From: Candidatus Omnitrophota bacterium
GTDB lineage: Bacteria; Omnitrophota; Gorgyraeia; 1-14-0-20-64-10
NCBI GenBank assembly: GCA_016177405.1
Contig: JACOVG010000009.1
Span: forward strand, 1 to 63,503
Direction: 5' to 3'
DNA length: 63,503 nt
Numbering within the stretch: position 1 is the stretch's first letter; each line of letters starts with the position of its first letter. A program made the translations under genes and the position numbers. Below, in pieces: positions 50,725 through 59,910 of this stretch. The notes beneath the pieces are model-generated. The model was not told the DNA's origin. It did not search any database and saw only the letters and a list, made by a program, of their open reading frames with translations.

Positions 50725-53403
50725 TTGAGGCGCCGCTTTCTCCAGGTCCTCCTCATGGGCGCGGCCACCTTCGCGGCCAGCGCCATCCTTCACATCTGGG
50801 TCATGGCCGTGAAGTACGAGGGCTTCAACGTCAGCCCCGGCGCCAACGTCGTCGCCCCAGGGAATTACCTCATCGGCTACCTCAAATGGACCTTGTGGCC
50901 CTTCGCCGGGTTCTACCTCTTCGGTTTCCTGCGCTCCTACGGGACCGGTTTCCTCGCGCGCGGCCTTCAGCGGGCTCCGGCCGATTTCGTCGCCGTCTTA
51001 AAAGAAACGCGAAGCCATCTGATGGAGCGCCTGGTTCAGGAGCGGTTTCTGCTGGCCGTGGGGCTGGCCTCCCTGGCGGGCGGCTTCCTGGACCGGTCGC
51101 TCGGCAGGCCGTGGCTTCTCTTGGCGGCAGTGGCGGCCCTGGGGGCGGCCTTTCACGACGTCCGCTCCGCGGGTCCCAAACAGGCGGCTCTTCCGGCGCA
51201 TCGACGAAGGTGGCTCTTGGGTTTTGGCGCGGCCCTGGGACTGCTCATGGCGTATGCGGGGTATCGCTTTTGGGGGATCGCCGCGCTGGCGGCGGGAGCG
51301 TTCCTCTGGTGGAAGAGGACCCAGCCGCCTGCCTCTTCGCCGGGCGGGAAGGCGGTTTGCTGGCTGGTGACCGCGGTGGGCTGGGGGCTCGCGTGGAGAT
51401 ATCTGGGCGAAGAGCTCGGCTGGGCGGATGACGGCGGGGCGGATGAGTTCAGGGCGGATAACCCCAACGGCACCGTCGTTGACTACCTGAAGACCAAGGA
51501 AGGCCAGCAGGTGGTCGGCTACGGCATCCGGGCGGGCGGCGCCGCCGCGGGCGGGGCGGTCGCCGGGGATGTGGCCGGAACGGCCACCGGGACGGCCCTG
51601 GGCGGAGGAGAAGGGACGCCGGAAATGAAGACGCCCAAGGATTACGGGCCGGGCAAGGATAACCCGTGGGATCCGCCGATCGAGAAACAGCGGGAGATGT
51701 GGGAGAAGGAGGGGCTGGTCTGGGATCCCGACACCCTCTCCTGGCGCAAGCCGCGGCCGAACGAGATCCCGCCGCCCAAGGGGATGCCGGAGAAGCCCAC
51801 CCCCTACGAGAGGCAGAAGCCCCGATCCGAGGTGCCGGGCGCTTGCGTGGTCTTTTACGACCGGTACGTGGCGGCTCAAGCCAAGGTCTTGGACTTAAGA
51901 CGTCAAGTGGACGCGGCCCGGGACAAGCACCTGAAGGCGCAGGACCACTTGAACAAACAGCTGGCGAAATTCACCATCAAGCTGGGGCTGGATGTGGGCC
52001 AGATCGCCGGGGGAGGCCTTCAGGGCATCAAGGACGCGGGGAGGGTGCTCAAGGGGCCGCACGGGCTGGGCCAGAAGGACACCTGGACCGGCCCAGGCAA
52101 GCCGCCGGGGGCCGTCACCCAGGCCCTCTCGGCCGCGCGCGCCAAACTGGAGCTGGCCCTGGCCAAAATCAAGGAGCTGGGCGCCAAGATCGCCGGCCTG
52201 ACGCGCGCGGCGGAAATCAAGAACCAGGCGGTGGAGAAATTCAGATCCCTCGCCGGTCAGGCGCGGGAGAAGGTTGCCTCCGCGCGGGCTCTCCTGGAGA
52301 CGGCGGAGGGCCGGGCCAGGCAGGCCGCGGAAAAGCTGGGGGTTGTCCGGAAACTCCAGGCCCTGGAAAGCGAGATGGAAAACCTGATGGCCAAGGGAAG
52401 GCCCCTGCGGGATAAGGTCAACCAGATCCGGGAGCGCGATCATCTGTCCGCCAAGCGAACCAAGCTTTATGAAGAATGGGTCATGAACAAGCCGGGCGCG
52501 GTGAGGGGCGGGCCCCTGGGCGATGAGATGAACGAGCTGGACATCCTGGAGACCGACATCGGCCTCCTGCAGAAGGGCCCCGCGCCCCTCACCGCGGACC
52601 AGGCGGCCGACCTGGCCAAGAAGCAGGCCCGGGCGGACCATCTGGCCAAAAGGATCAACGAGGCCTCGGCCAAGTACCCGGAGCTGGATGATTTCATCCG
52701 TCAGAAGGATCCCTCCGGCGCGGCGGCCTGGGAAGCCAACCCTTACCGGAACGTGGACGCCCACACCCGGGGCAGGGAGCTGGAGAGTTTGGAGACCGCT
52801 TTGAAGGATGGGAAGACCCGGTGCGATCAGATTGAAGCCGAGATGGGAAGCTTGAAGCCATCGGCGCCGCGGGGCCAGACCCTCGATTCCATGGAGGCCG
52901 AGGCCAGGGCCGCCGACAAGGAGCTGGCCAAGCATCGGCAAGAGCTGAAAGAGGTTCAGGGCTCGGCCGAGGAGGCCGAGGCCCAAGCCGAGCGGGCGGT
53001 CAAGGAAGCGGCCGAGGCCGAGGCGGAGCGGAAGGCGAAGAACCAGGAGCTTCAAGCCTTGAAGGAGGAGTCGGAAAAGGCCCAGAATGAGATTCGGGAG
53101 CTTGAGGCCCAGACCCGGGAGGGCCCGGGCGAGCACGGCACCGATCCAACCCAGGATCCCGGCGGGATTGCCCAGGCCCTCAAGAACGCCGCGGCCCAAG
53201 CCGGGAAGAAATACGAGCGGGCGTTCGGAAAGGAGCAGTCGCCGGAGGAGGTGGCCGCGATTCTCATGCAGTGCAAACGGTCGGTGGCCGACAGCGCGGC
53301 CCTCCTGAACCGCCTGCTGGCCGAATACGACGGGCAGTTGAGCTCCTTGAGCGGCCTCAAGCAGAAGCTGGACGACTGCGTCGCCAGGGAGAGCGGAGGG
53401 TGA
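50725..53403 (+). CDS. large membrane-anchored coiled-coil protein
   Basis: About 6 N-terminal hydrophobic segments, a Gly/Ala-rich spacer, then roughly 500 aa of heptad-like K/E/A/L-rich sequence. Confidence 0.5.
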   Translation: MRRRFLQVLLMGAATFAASAILHIWVMAVKYEGFNVSPGANVVAPGNYLIGYLKWTLWPFAGFYLFGFLRSYGTGFLARGLQRAPADFVAVLKETRSHLMERLVQERFLLAVGLASLAGGFLDRSLGRPWLLLAAVAALGAAFHDVRSAGPKQAALPAHRRRWLLGFGAALGLLMAYAGYRFWGIAALAAGAFLWWKRTQPPASSPGGKAVCWLVTAVGWGLAWRYLGEELGWADDGGADEFRADNPNGTVVDYLKTKEGQQVVGYGIRAGGAAAGGAVAGDVAGTATGTALGGGEGTPEMKTPKDYGPGKDNPWDPPIEKQREMWEKEGLVWDPDTLSWRKPRPNEIPPPKGMPEKPTPYERQKPRSEVPGACVVFYDRYVAAQAKVLDLRRQVDAARDKHLKAQDHLNKQLAKFTIKLGLDVGQIAGGGLQGIKDAGRVLKGPHGLGQKDTWTGPGKPPGAVTQALSAARAKLELALAKIKELGAKIAGLTRAAEIKNQAVEKFRSLAGQAREKVASARALLETAEGRARQAAEKLGVVRKLQALESEMENLMAKGRPLRDKVNQIRERDHLSAKRTKLYEEWVMNKPGAVRGGPLGDEMNELDILETDIGLLQKGPAPLTADQAADLAKKQARADHLAKRINEASAKYPELDDFIRQKDPSGAAAWEANPYRNVDAHTRGRELESLETALKDGKTRCDQIEAEMGSLKPSAPRGQTLDSMEAEARAADKELAKHRQELKEVQGSAEEAEAQAERAVKEAAEAEAERKAKNQELQALKEESEKAQNEIRELEAQTREGPGEHGTDPTQDPGGIAQALKNAAAQAGKKYERAFGKEQSPEEVAAILMQCKRSVADSAALLNRLLAEYDGQLSSLSGLKQKLDDCVARESGG

Positions 53404-54419
53404 CGCCCCAGGAGATCGACGCGCGGATGGAGCGCCTCAAGCAGGAGCTTGCCCACGGCTTGATCTCCGAGGCGGAGCTCAAGGCAGGGGCAGGAACGTT
53501 TCGGTGGGCGGACGCGCGGGGGATGTGCTGGAGCCGCGGGATCGAGAGCGGGCAGTGGCATGTTTGGAACGGCCGGATCTGGCTTCCGTCCGTCCCGCCC
53601 GATTCGTTGGAGCCGTGGCCGGACGAGCGGCAAGGCCGGAGCGCTCCTCCTCCTCCTCCGAAGCCGGCCCGAAAAGGCCCTGGCTTCCTCCAAAAGGCCG
53701 GCACCCTCATGCTGACCGCGCTGGTGGGAGGCCTGGCCTATGGGGTTCAGCAGTTTGTCTCGCGTCAGATGGCGGCGATTCCCGCCGCGAGGGGGCTGCC
53801 GCCCGCCGCGGGCCCTCCCGCGGCCCCGGTTTCCCGGCCGGTCCCTCCTCCCACCCCGGACACGTCGGCGCTGTATGCCCAGGCCGAGGCTCTGGTGGGA
53901 CAGAAGAGCTACCCGGAGGCGATCGCCAAATACGGCGAGATCATCCGGTTGAACCCCTCCGACGCCAGGGCTTTCTTCAGGCGGGGATTGCTCCACTACG
54001 AGCTTAGGCAGTTACAGCAGGCCTTTCAGGACTATTCCATGACGATCAGCTTGGACGCCGCCAACGCGCCGGCGTACAACGAATTGGGGAATGTTCTTTT
54101 TGAGCAGAAGAGATGGCAGGATTCAGAGGGGGCGTACCGGGAGGCCCGCCGGCTGGATCCCTTCAATGCCATCTTTCCGGCCAATCTGGCCGGAGCGCTT
54201 TATCAGCAGGGGCGGATGGAGGAGGCCCGCCAGGCGGCCGACGAGGCGATCCGCCTGGGACACCCCCAGGACCACTGGGTCTTCAAGGCCCTGGCCGGCG
54301 CGGGCGCTTCCGGCGCTTCCGACGCCCCTCCCTCGTCCGCCGGCGATCAAGATGCCCAGGCGGTCGTGGACATCCTCAACACCATCCTGGGGCAGGGGGG
54401 TCAGGGCTCCGGCGAGTAG
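53400..54419 (+). CDS. SHOCT-like N-terminus, TM segment and TPR-repeat protein
   Basis: GTGA overlap with the upstream gene. RLKQELAHGLISEAEL. TPR-like YPEAIAKYGEIIRLNPSDARAFFRRGL and AYNELGNVLFEQKRWQDSEGAYREARRLDP. Confidence 0.5.
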   Translation: MTPQEIDARMERLKQELAHGLISEAELKAGAGTFRWADARGMCWSRGIESGQWHVWNGRIWLPSVPPDSLEPWPDERQGRSAPPPPPKPARKGPGFLQKAGTLMLTALVGGLAYGVQQFVSRQMAAIPAARGLPPAAGPPAAPVSRPVPPPTPDTSALYAQAEALVGQKSYPEAIAKYGEIIRLNPSDARAFFRRGLLHYELRQLQQAFQDYSMTISLDAANAPAYNELGNVLFEQKRWQDSEGAYREARRLDPFNAIFPANLAGALYQQGRMEEARQAADEAIRLGHPQDHWVFKALAGAGASGASDAPPSSAGDQDAQAVVDILNTILGQGGQGSGE

Positions 54420-55381
54420 TTGGGTCCTTCGTGCACCGCGATAAAAATAGATCGCCAGGATTTTTTGTCGGGCAGTCCTATCTGGTAGATCCCCCGCTCG
54501 GTCAATTCCAGGGTTCCGGTCTGCCCGCTTTCCAAGCGAAGGGACTCCGGTTTCTTAAGCGGGGTGGAGGGCCGTCGGAACTTCAGCGTCACCCCCTCGG
54601 GCAGCCGGCTGGCGAGGGTGAGCTTGCTTCCCCGCGCGAGGTCGCTCCAGCCCGGATAAAAGGCGTCGGGTCCCACCTCGATCTGACCGGGGACCAGGGC
54701 CGGCTGATGACCGATCGGCTGCCAGGCGGTCATGAACCAGGCCCAGCAGAAGAGAAGCAGCAGGGTATGGTTGGGCCTCCAGGCGGCCCACTCCGGCCGC
54801 CGGCAGGCCCTGCCCAGGGGATAGCCGTAGAGAAGATGCGCCGCGTATGCCAGGCCCAGGGCCTGGTAGGCGAACTTGAGTCGGTAGATGACCCCGAAGG
54901 GGGTGAAAACCGCGAAGCTCTCTAAGACCAGCCCCCACACCACCGCCCAGGCGACGCGCCGGTTCAGGAAAAGGAACGAGTAGATCCACCCGAAGGTGAT
55001 GCCGTTCCCGAAATGATACGCAAAACCCAGGAGGTCGGTCCAGGGGTTGGAGAAGGGAGCCCCCGCCAGCCACAGGCCGTAAGAGCGGATGGGAGGGAAG
55101 GGGTTCTGGCCCGCGAGATGAAAAGGGATTCTCACGAGGTCGTATCCGATGGTTCCCCACAGGCCTCCGATGAACCCGGAGCGCACCCGAAGCAGGAAGT
55201 CGTTGTCCTGGACCTTCTCGCCCCAGAGCCAGATTCCCAGCATGGCCGCCGACACCGGCAGCCACACCCACCTGGCGAAGCCGTACATCGAGGTGAGGCC
55301 GTACATCTGAACGAGCAAGGTGGCGATCGAGGCAAAGCTTCCCAGCCAGAAAACCGACCGGCGAATCGTTCCGGGCGTCAT
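54401..55381 (-). CDS. polytopic membrane protein, function unknown
   Basis: Start set at MTPGTIRRSVFWLG (ATG 55381). About 7 hydrophobic segments then a soluble C-terminal domain. Confidence 0.4.
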   Translation of the reverse strand: MTPGTIRRSVFWLGSFASIATLLVQMYGLTSMYGFARWVWLPVSAAMLGIWLWGEKVQDNDFLLRVRSGFIGGLWGTIGYDLVRIPFHLAGQNPFPPIRSYGLWLAGAPFSNPWTDLLGFAYHFGNGITFGWIYSFLFLNRRVAWAVVWGLVLESFAVFTPFGVIYRLKFAYQALGLAYAAHLLYGYPLGRACRRPEWAAWRPNHTLLLLFCWAWFMTAWQPIGHQPALVPGQIEVGPDAFYPGWSDLARGSKLTLASRLPEGVTLKFRRPSTPLKKPESLRLESGQTGTLELTERGIYQIGLPDKKSWRSIFIAVHEGPNYSPEP

Positions 55382-56223
55382 TCGTCCTCCTCGCGCGGTC
55401 TTTTCCAGGTGATCCTCTCCTCCCAGGGCCCCGGGTGGGGCTGGGGGGCCGCCTCCCAGAGAATTTTTCCGGTTTCCGCTTCCAGGCAAAAGAGTTCCCC
55501 ATAGCCGTTGTGGATGAGGAGATTCCCATCGTTGTAGAAAAGAGGGGAAAGGATCGGGAACCGGGAATCAAAGGTCCAGAGAATTTTTCCGGTTCCGAGA
55601 TCTTTCGCCTGCACCCGGTCGCCGGTTTGCTGGAAGGCGCCGTTTTCGGTGAGGTAGGACCAGGCCTCTCCGTCTCCACGCGAGATCCGCGCGCCTTGGC
55701 CGGTCGCTGCTTCAAAGAGGGCGATGGAGCCCTCCGCGAGCGGCAGGACGAACCAACGCTCATCCCTTGAGAATCCCGCCGGGATGGGCGATTCCTCGTC
55801 CATCCAGAAGTAGTGGCTCGCGGTGCGCTCCGGCTTGAAGGGCTCCGGCAGGAGGTCCAGGACCCGCCAGCTCTTCAGCAGGCGGCCCTCCTCATAAAAG
55901 GCGGCCGCCAAATCCGAACGGCCCTCGAGGTCCTGGGCCCAGGGGCCCAGGCGGACCAGGTGCCTGCCGTCGGAGGCCAGGAAAACCCTCAAGGCGAACC
56001 AGTCCACCTTCCAGAGGGGCCGCGGCTTGCCGGCGGCGTAGGCGGTGCCGCTGCCTTTCTCTCCGAAGGACTCCTCCGGGACCATCTCGATGAAGAATTT
56101 CTTGCTGGAGGAAGAAACCCGCTGTTTCTGATTGGGAAGGAGGGTGTCCCCTTGCGCGAGCAAGGGAAGTGCCGCAAGGATGGCCAGAGCCGCGGCCAGG
56201 GATCTGCTCACCGGTAAGCTCAT
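55378..56223 (-). CDS. secreted protein with PQQ/beta-propeller-like repeats
   Basis: Signal AAALAILAALPLLAQG. Repeated TGKILW strings near the C-terminus. 4-nt overlap with the downstream gene. Confidence 0.4.
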   Translation of the reverse strand: MSLPVSRSLAAALAILAALPLLAQGDTLLPNQKQRVSSSSKKFFIEMVPEESFGEKGSGTAYAAGKPRPLWKVDWFALRVFLASDGRHLVRLGPWAQDLEGRSDLAAAFYEEGRLLKSWRVLDLLPEPFKPERTASHYFWMDEESPIPAGFSRDERWFVLPLAEGSIALFEAATGQGARISRGDGEAWSYLTENGAFQQTGDRVQAKDLGTGKILWTFDSRFPILSPLFYNDGNLLIHNGYGELFCLEAETGKILWEAAPQPHPGPWEERITWKRPREEDE

Positions 56224-56301
56224 CCGTTTGTGAGGGCCATCTTACCACTTCCGATTTTTGTGAAGTGGTAAAATAGAGCCCTTGCTTAAAGGAGGCAGCC
56301 G

Positions 56302-56721
56302 ATGAAGCATTGGTTTCTTATCGTTTTCCTTTTGGCGGGGTGCGCCACCGCGCGCTCCTTGGATGACACGCGCCTGAAAACCCCGGGGCGGGTCGTCTCC
56401 GACACCTATGACTTTGCCTTCGATGAGGTTTACCGGGCGGCCCGGCAGTCGGTCTTGGACCTTGAGTTTGTGGTGGAACGGGAGGTTGCGCGGGAGGGGA
56501 AGATCTACGCCAAGACCGCCCCGAACATGGCCAAGGTGCTGATCTACAAAACCGGTTTCGGGGAGCACGTCGGGGTTTACGTGACGCCGCTTTCGGAGCG
56601 CCAAACGAAGGTGGAGGTGGCCACCCAGAAGTCGAACCGCCTGGAGGTCGGCTTCCGGGATTACCGCCGGGTGATCCTGAAGCTGATCCGCGCCCGCTTG
56701 GAGGGAAATAAGGCGCCCTAA
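56302..56721 (+). CDS. lipoprotein, function unknown
   Basis: MKHWFLIVFLLAGCATA lipobox. Confidence 0.5.
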   Translation: MKHWFLIVFLLAGCATARSLDDTRLKTPGRVVSDTYDFAFDEVYRAARQSVLDLEFVVEREVAREGKIYAKTAPNMAKVLIYKTGFGEHVGVYVTPLSERQTKVEVATQKSNRLEVGFRDYRRVILKLIRARLEGNKAP

Positions 56722-56730
56722 GCGCCGGCG

Positions 56731-57717
56731 ATGACCAAGGCGCTGGTGTTGGGGGCCACCGGGCACATCGGGGCCCACATCGCGCGGGCCCTGCTGGCCG
56801 AAGGGCACGAGGTCCGGGCCGCTTACCGCGACGAACGCTACCTGCACGTCCTGGAAGGCCTTCCGGTGGAGCGGGTCCGGGTGGATTTGGATCGTCCCCA
56901 AGAATTGCGGCGGGCCCTGGAGGGCCGCGAATGGGTCTTTCACGCGGCCGGCTACTACCCCTTTCCACCCAAGCCCAGGCGTGAGGCGATCGAGCAGGGG
57001 GTCTCCTCCACCCGGAGGATCCTGGCGGAGATCGGGCGCGCCCGGCCGGTGAGAATCGTCTACACGAGCTCGGCCGCCACCATCCGTTCGGTGCCCGGCA
57101 AGGAGGCGGACGAATCCGACCTGGAATCGTGGCCCCTCACCGAATGGCGCAGTCTTTACACCACCGTCAAGATCGCCATGGAGCAGGAGGCCCTTCGGGC
57201 TGTCCAGGAAGGGCTTCCGATCACGATCACCCACCCCAGCATCTGCATCGGCGAGTACGACGCCCACCTCCTGTCCGGACGTTTGCTCACGGCCTTCGCC
57301 AAGCACCGGCTTCCCTGGATCACCCGGGCTTGCTTCAACGTGGTTTACACCGGCGATGTGGGAGTGGGGCACGCGCGCGCGGCCGAACGGGGCCGGGCGG
57401 GAGAGCATTACATCCTCTGCGGCGAGAACATCTCGCTGAAGGAATTCGCCTCCTGTGTCGCGCTGGAAACAGGGGTTCCCGCGCCGAAATGGAACCTCCC
57501 TTATTCCCTGGCCTATGCCGCCGGCCTGGGGGCGGAGGCGATGGCGTGGCTCACCCGCCGCGAGCCCCTCTTCACCCGCCAGGAGGTGCGCCGGGTCGCC
57601 GGCGGCTATCGGTTGGACGGCAGCAAGGCGCGCCGGGAGCTTGGGCTTACCCCTACCCCTATTAAGGAAGCGATCCGAAAGGCGCTGGTCTGGTTTCGGG
57701 CGCACGGGATGCTATAA
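56731..57717 (+). CDS. NAD-dependent epimerase/dehydratase-family (extended SDR) protein
   Basis: LVLGATGHIGAHIARALL Rossmann motif and YTTVKIAME (YxxxK). Confidence 0.7.
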   Translation: MTKALVLGATGHIGAHIARALLAEGHEVRAAYRDERYLHVLEGLPVERVRVDLDRPQELRRALEGREWVFHAAGYYPFPPKPRREAIEQGVSSTRRILAEIGRARPVRIVYTSSAATIRSVPGKEADESDLESWPLTEWRSLYTTVKIAMEQEALRAVQEGLPITITHPSICIGEYDAHLLSGRLLTAFAKHRLPWITRACFNVVYTGDVGVGHARAAERGRAGEHYILCGENISLKEFASCVALETGVPAPKWNLPYSLAYAAGLGAEAMAWLTRREPLFTRQEVRRVAGGYRLDGSKARRELGLTPTPIKEAIRKALVWFRAHGML

Positions 57718-57720
57718 TGC

Positions 57721-59580
57721 GTGAAATCAATGCCTGACACCGACGAACCGCGCGCCCTTTCCGGCGGCAACGAGACCCTCGAGGTCATCGAGGCGGCTCG
57801 CGAGGCCAAATGGGAGCGCCCCACCTTTGCCGGCCAGCTTTTCCTGGGACGGGTCTTGACCCCCCTCCTCTTTCCTTACGCCGTTCAGCCCGAGGAGGAC
57901 CGGAAGATCGGCGACGCCTTCCTGGGCGAGCTGGAGGCCTTCCTCAAGCGGGAGGTGGATCCCGACGCCATAGACCGCACCGGCGAGATGCCCGCCTCGG
58001 TGATTCAAGGATTGGCGAGGCTGGGCTGTTTCGGGATGAAGATCCCCAAGGAGTACGGCGGTCTAGGATTCTCGCAGGTCAACTACAACCGGGCCATTGC
58101 CTTAATCGGCAGCCACTGCGGCTCCACCGCGGTGTGGCTGTCGGCCCACCAATCCATCGGGGTGCCCCAGCCGCTGAAGATGTTCGGCACCGAGGCGCAG
58201 AAGAGGAAGTATCTTCCGCTTTGCGCCAAGGGAGGAATCTCGGCCTTTGCCTTGACCGAGTTGGACGTTGGCTCCGACCCGGCCAAGATGTCCACCACCG
58301 CCCTCCCGGTGGAGGGCGGGGCTTACTACCTCATCAACGGCCAGAAGCTCTGGTGCACCAACGGCCCGGTGGCCGAGGTGATGGTGGTGATGGCCCAGAC
58401 CCCCGAGCGGGTGATCGGCGGCAAGGCGCGCAAACAGATCACCGCTTTCCTGGTGGAGCGGAGCATGCCAGGGGTGGAGGTGGTCCACCGCTGCGGCTTC
58501 ATGGGGCTCAAAGGGATCCAGAACGGCCTGCTGAAGTTCACCAACGTCAAGGTCCCGAAGGAGAACGTCCTCTGGGGCTTGGGCCGGGGGCTGAAGCTCG
58601 CCCTCATGACGCTGAACACCGGTCGGCTGACCCTGCCGGCGGCCTGCATTGGGGCGTCCAAGCTTTGCCTTCGGATTTCCAGGGATTGGGCCCTGGAACG
58701 AAAGCAGTGGGGCGGTTCCATCGGCTCCCACGAGGCGATCGCCGGGAAGCTCGCCTGGATGGCGAGCCACCTCTTCGCCATGGAGTCGGTGGTGTGGCTG
58801 ACCTCGGCCTGGGCCGACCGCGGCGACATGGACATCCGGATCGAGGCGGCCATGGCCAAGCTCTTCGGCTCGGAGGCCGCCTGGGCCATCGTGGAGCATA
58901 CCCTGCAGATCCGGGGCGGCCGGGGCTACGAGACGGCCGACTCCCTGAAGGCCAGGGGAGAGGCGCCGATCCCGGTGGAGCGGATCTTCCGGGATCTCCG
59001 GATCAACCTGATCATCGAGGGGACGAGCGAGATCATGCGGCTGTTCATCGCCCGGGAGGCGCTGGATCCCCACCTTCAGGTTGCCTTTGATGTGATCCTG
59101 CCCAGGGTCCCGCTTCAACGGCGGCTCAAGGCGGCGGTCCGGGCCGGTCTCTTTTATGCCGGCTGGTATCCGCGGCTGTGGCTGCCTGTCCCCGGCGGCT
59201 TGGGCGCTCCGGCCGGGCTTCCGGAGCGGCTTCGCGGGCATTGGTCTTTTGTGGGCTCGGCCAGCCGGCGCCTGGCCCGGAACCTCTTCCACCAGATGGC
59301 GATCCACGGGCAGAAGTTGGAGAAGCGGCAGGCGCTCCTTTCCAGGGTGGTGGATGCCGGCGTGGATCTCTTCGCCATGTCGGCGGCCATCTCCCGGGCC
59401 TCCAGCCTGCCCGCGGGCAACGCGGTGGAGCTGGCCGACCTTTTCTGCCGGCAGGCCAGGCGGCGCTTCAACCGGAGCCTCGCGGGCTTGAGCCTTCCGG
59501 AAGACCGCTTGGGCTATCGGGTGGCCCAGGAGCTTTTGGCGGGCCGCTTCGCCTGGCTCGAAGAAGGCATCGTCCGTTAG
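57721..59580 (+). CDS. acyl-CoA dehydrogenase family protein (long C-terminal extension)
   Basis: GLGFSQVNYNRA, FALTELDVGSDPA, QIRGGRGYETA. GTG 57721 or ATG 57730 as start. Confidence 0.75.
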   Translation: MKSMPDTDEPRALSGGNETLEVIEAAREAKWERPTFAGQLFLGRVLTPLLFPYAVQPEEDRKIGDAFLGELEAFLKREVDPDAIDRTGEMPASVIQGLARLGCFGMKIPKEYGGLGFSQVNYNRAIALIGSHCGSTAVWLSAHQSIGVPQPLKMFGTEAQKRKYLPLCAKGGISAFALTELDVGSDPAKMSTTALPVEGGAYYLINGQKLWCTNGPVAEVMVVMAQTPERVIGGKARKQITAFLVERSMPGVEVVHRCGFMGLKGIQNGLLKFTNVKVPKENVLWGLGRGLKLALMTLNTGRLTLPAACIGASKLCLRISRDWALERKQWGGSIGSHEAIAGKLAWMASHLFAMESVVWLTSAWADRGDMDIRIEAAMAKLFGSEAAWAIVEHTLQIRGGRGYETADSLKARGEAPIPVERIFRDLRINLIIEGTSEIMRLFIAREALDPHLQVAFDVILPRVPLQRRLKAAVRAGLFYAGWYPRLWLPVPGGLGAPAGLPERLRGHWSFVGSASRRLARNLFHQMAIHGQKLEKRQALLSRVVDAGVDLFAMSAAISRASSLPAGNAVELADLFCRQARRRFNRSLAGLSLPEDRLGYRVAQELLAGRFAWLEEGIVR

Positions 59581-59598
59581 AAAAATGAGGATACGTCC

Positions 59599-59910
59599 AT
59601 GACCATCACCCAAGAGCAGGTTCTGGAAGCCTTAAAGGATTGCTACGACCCGGAGGTCCCGGTCAACATCGTGGATCTGGGGTTGATCTACGGGGTGGAG
59701 GTTTCCGCCGAGGACAAGGTGAACGTCACCATGACCCTCACCACCCCGGGCTGCGGGATGGCCTACGCCATCGCCCTATCGGCCAAGCAGAGGGTCTTGA
59801 AGATCCCCGGCGTGAAGGACGCCGTCATCAACGTGGTCTGGGAACCGCCCTGGGACCCCAGCCGGATGTCCGAGGAAGCCAAGAAGAAGCTCGGCATGGC
59901 CCAGGGCTAA
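59599..59910 (+). CDS. DUF59/MIP18-family Fe-S assembly protein (SufT/PaaD-like)
   Basis: DCYDPEVPVNIVDLGLIY ... TLTTPGCGMA. Confidence 0.75.
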   Translation: MTITQEQVLEALKDCYDPEVPVNIVDLGLIYGVEVSAEDKVNVTMTLTTPGCGMAYAIALSAKQRVLKIPGVKDAVINVVWEPPWDPSRMSEEAKKKLGMAQG

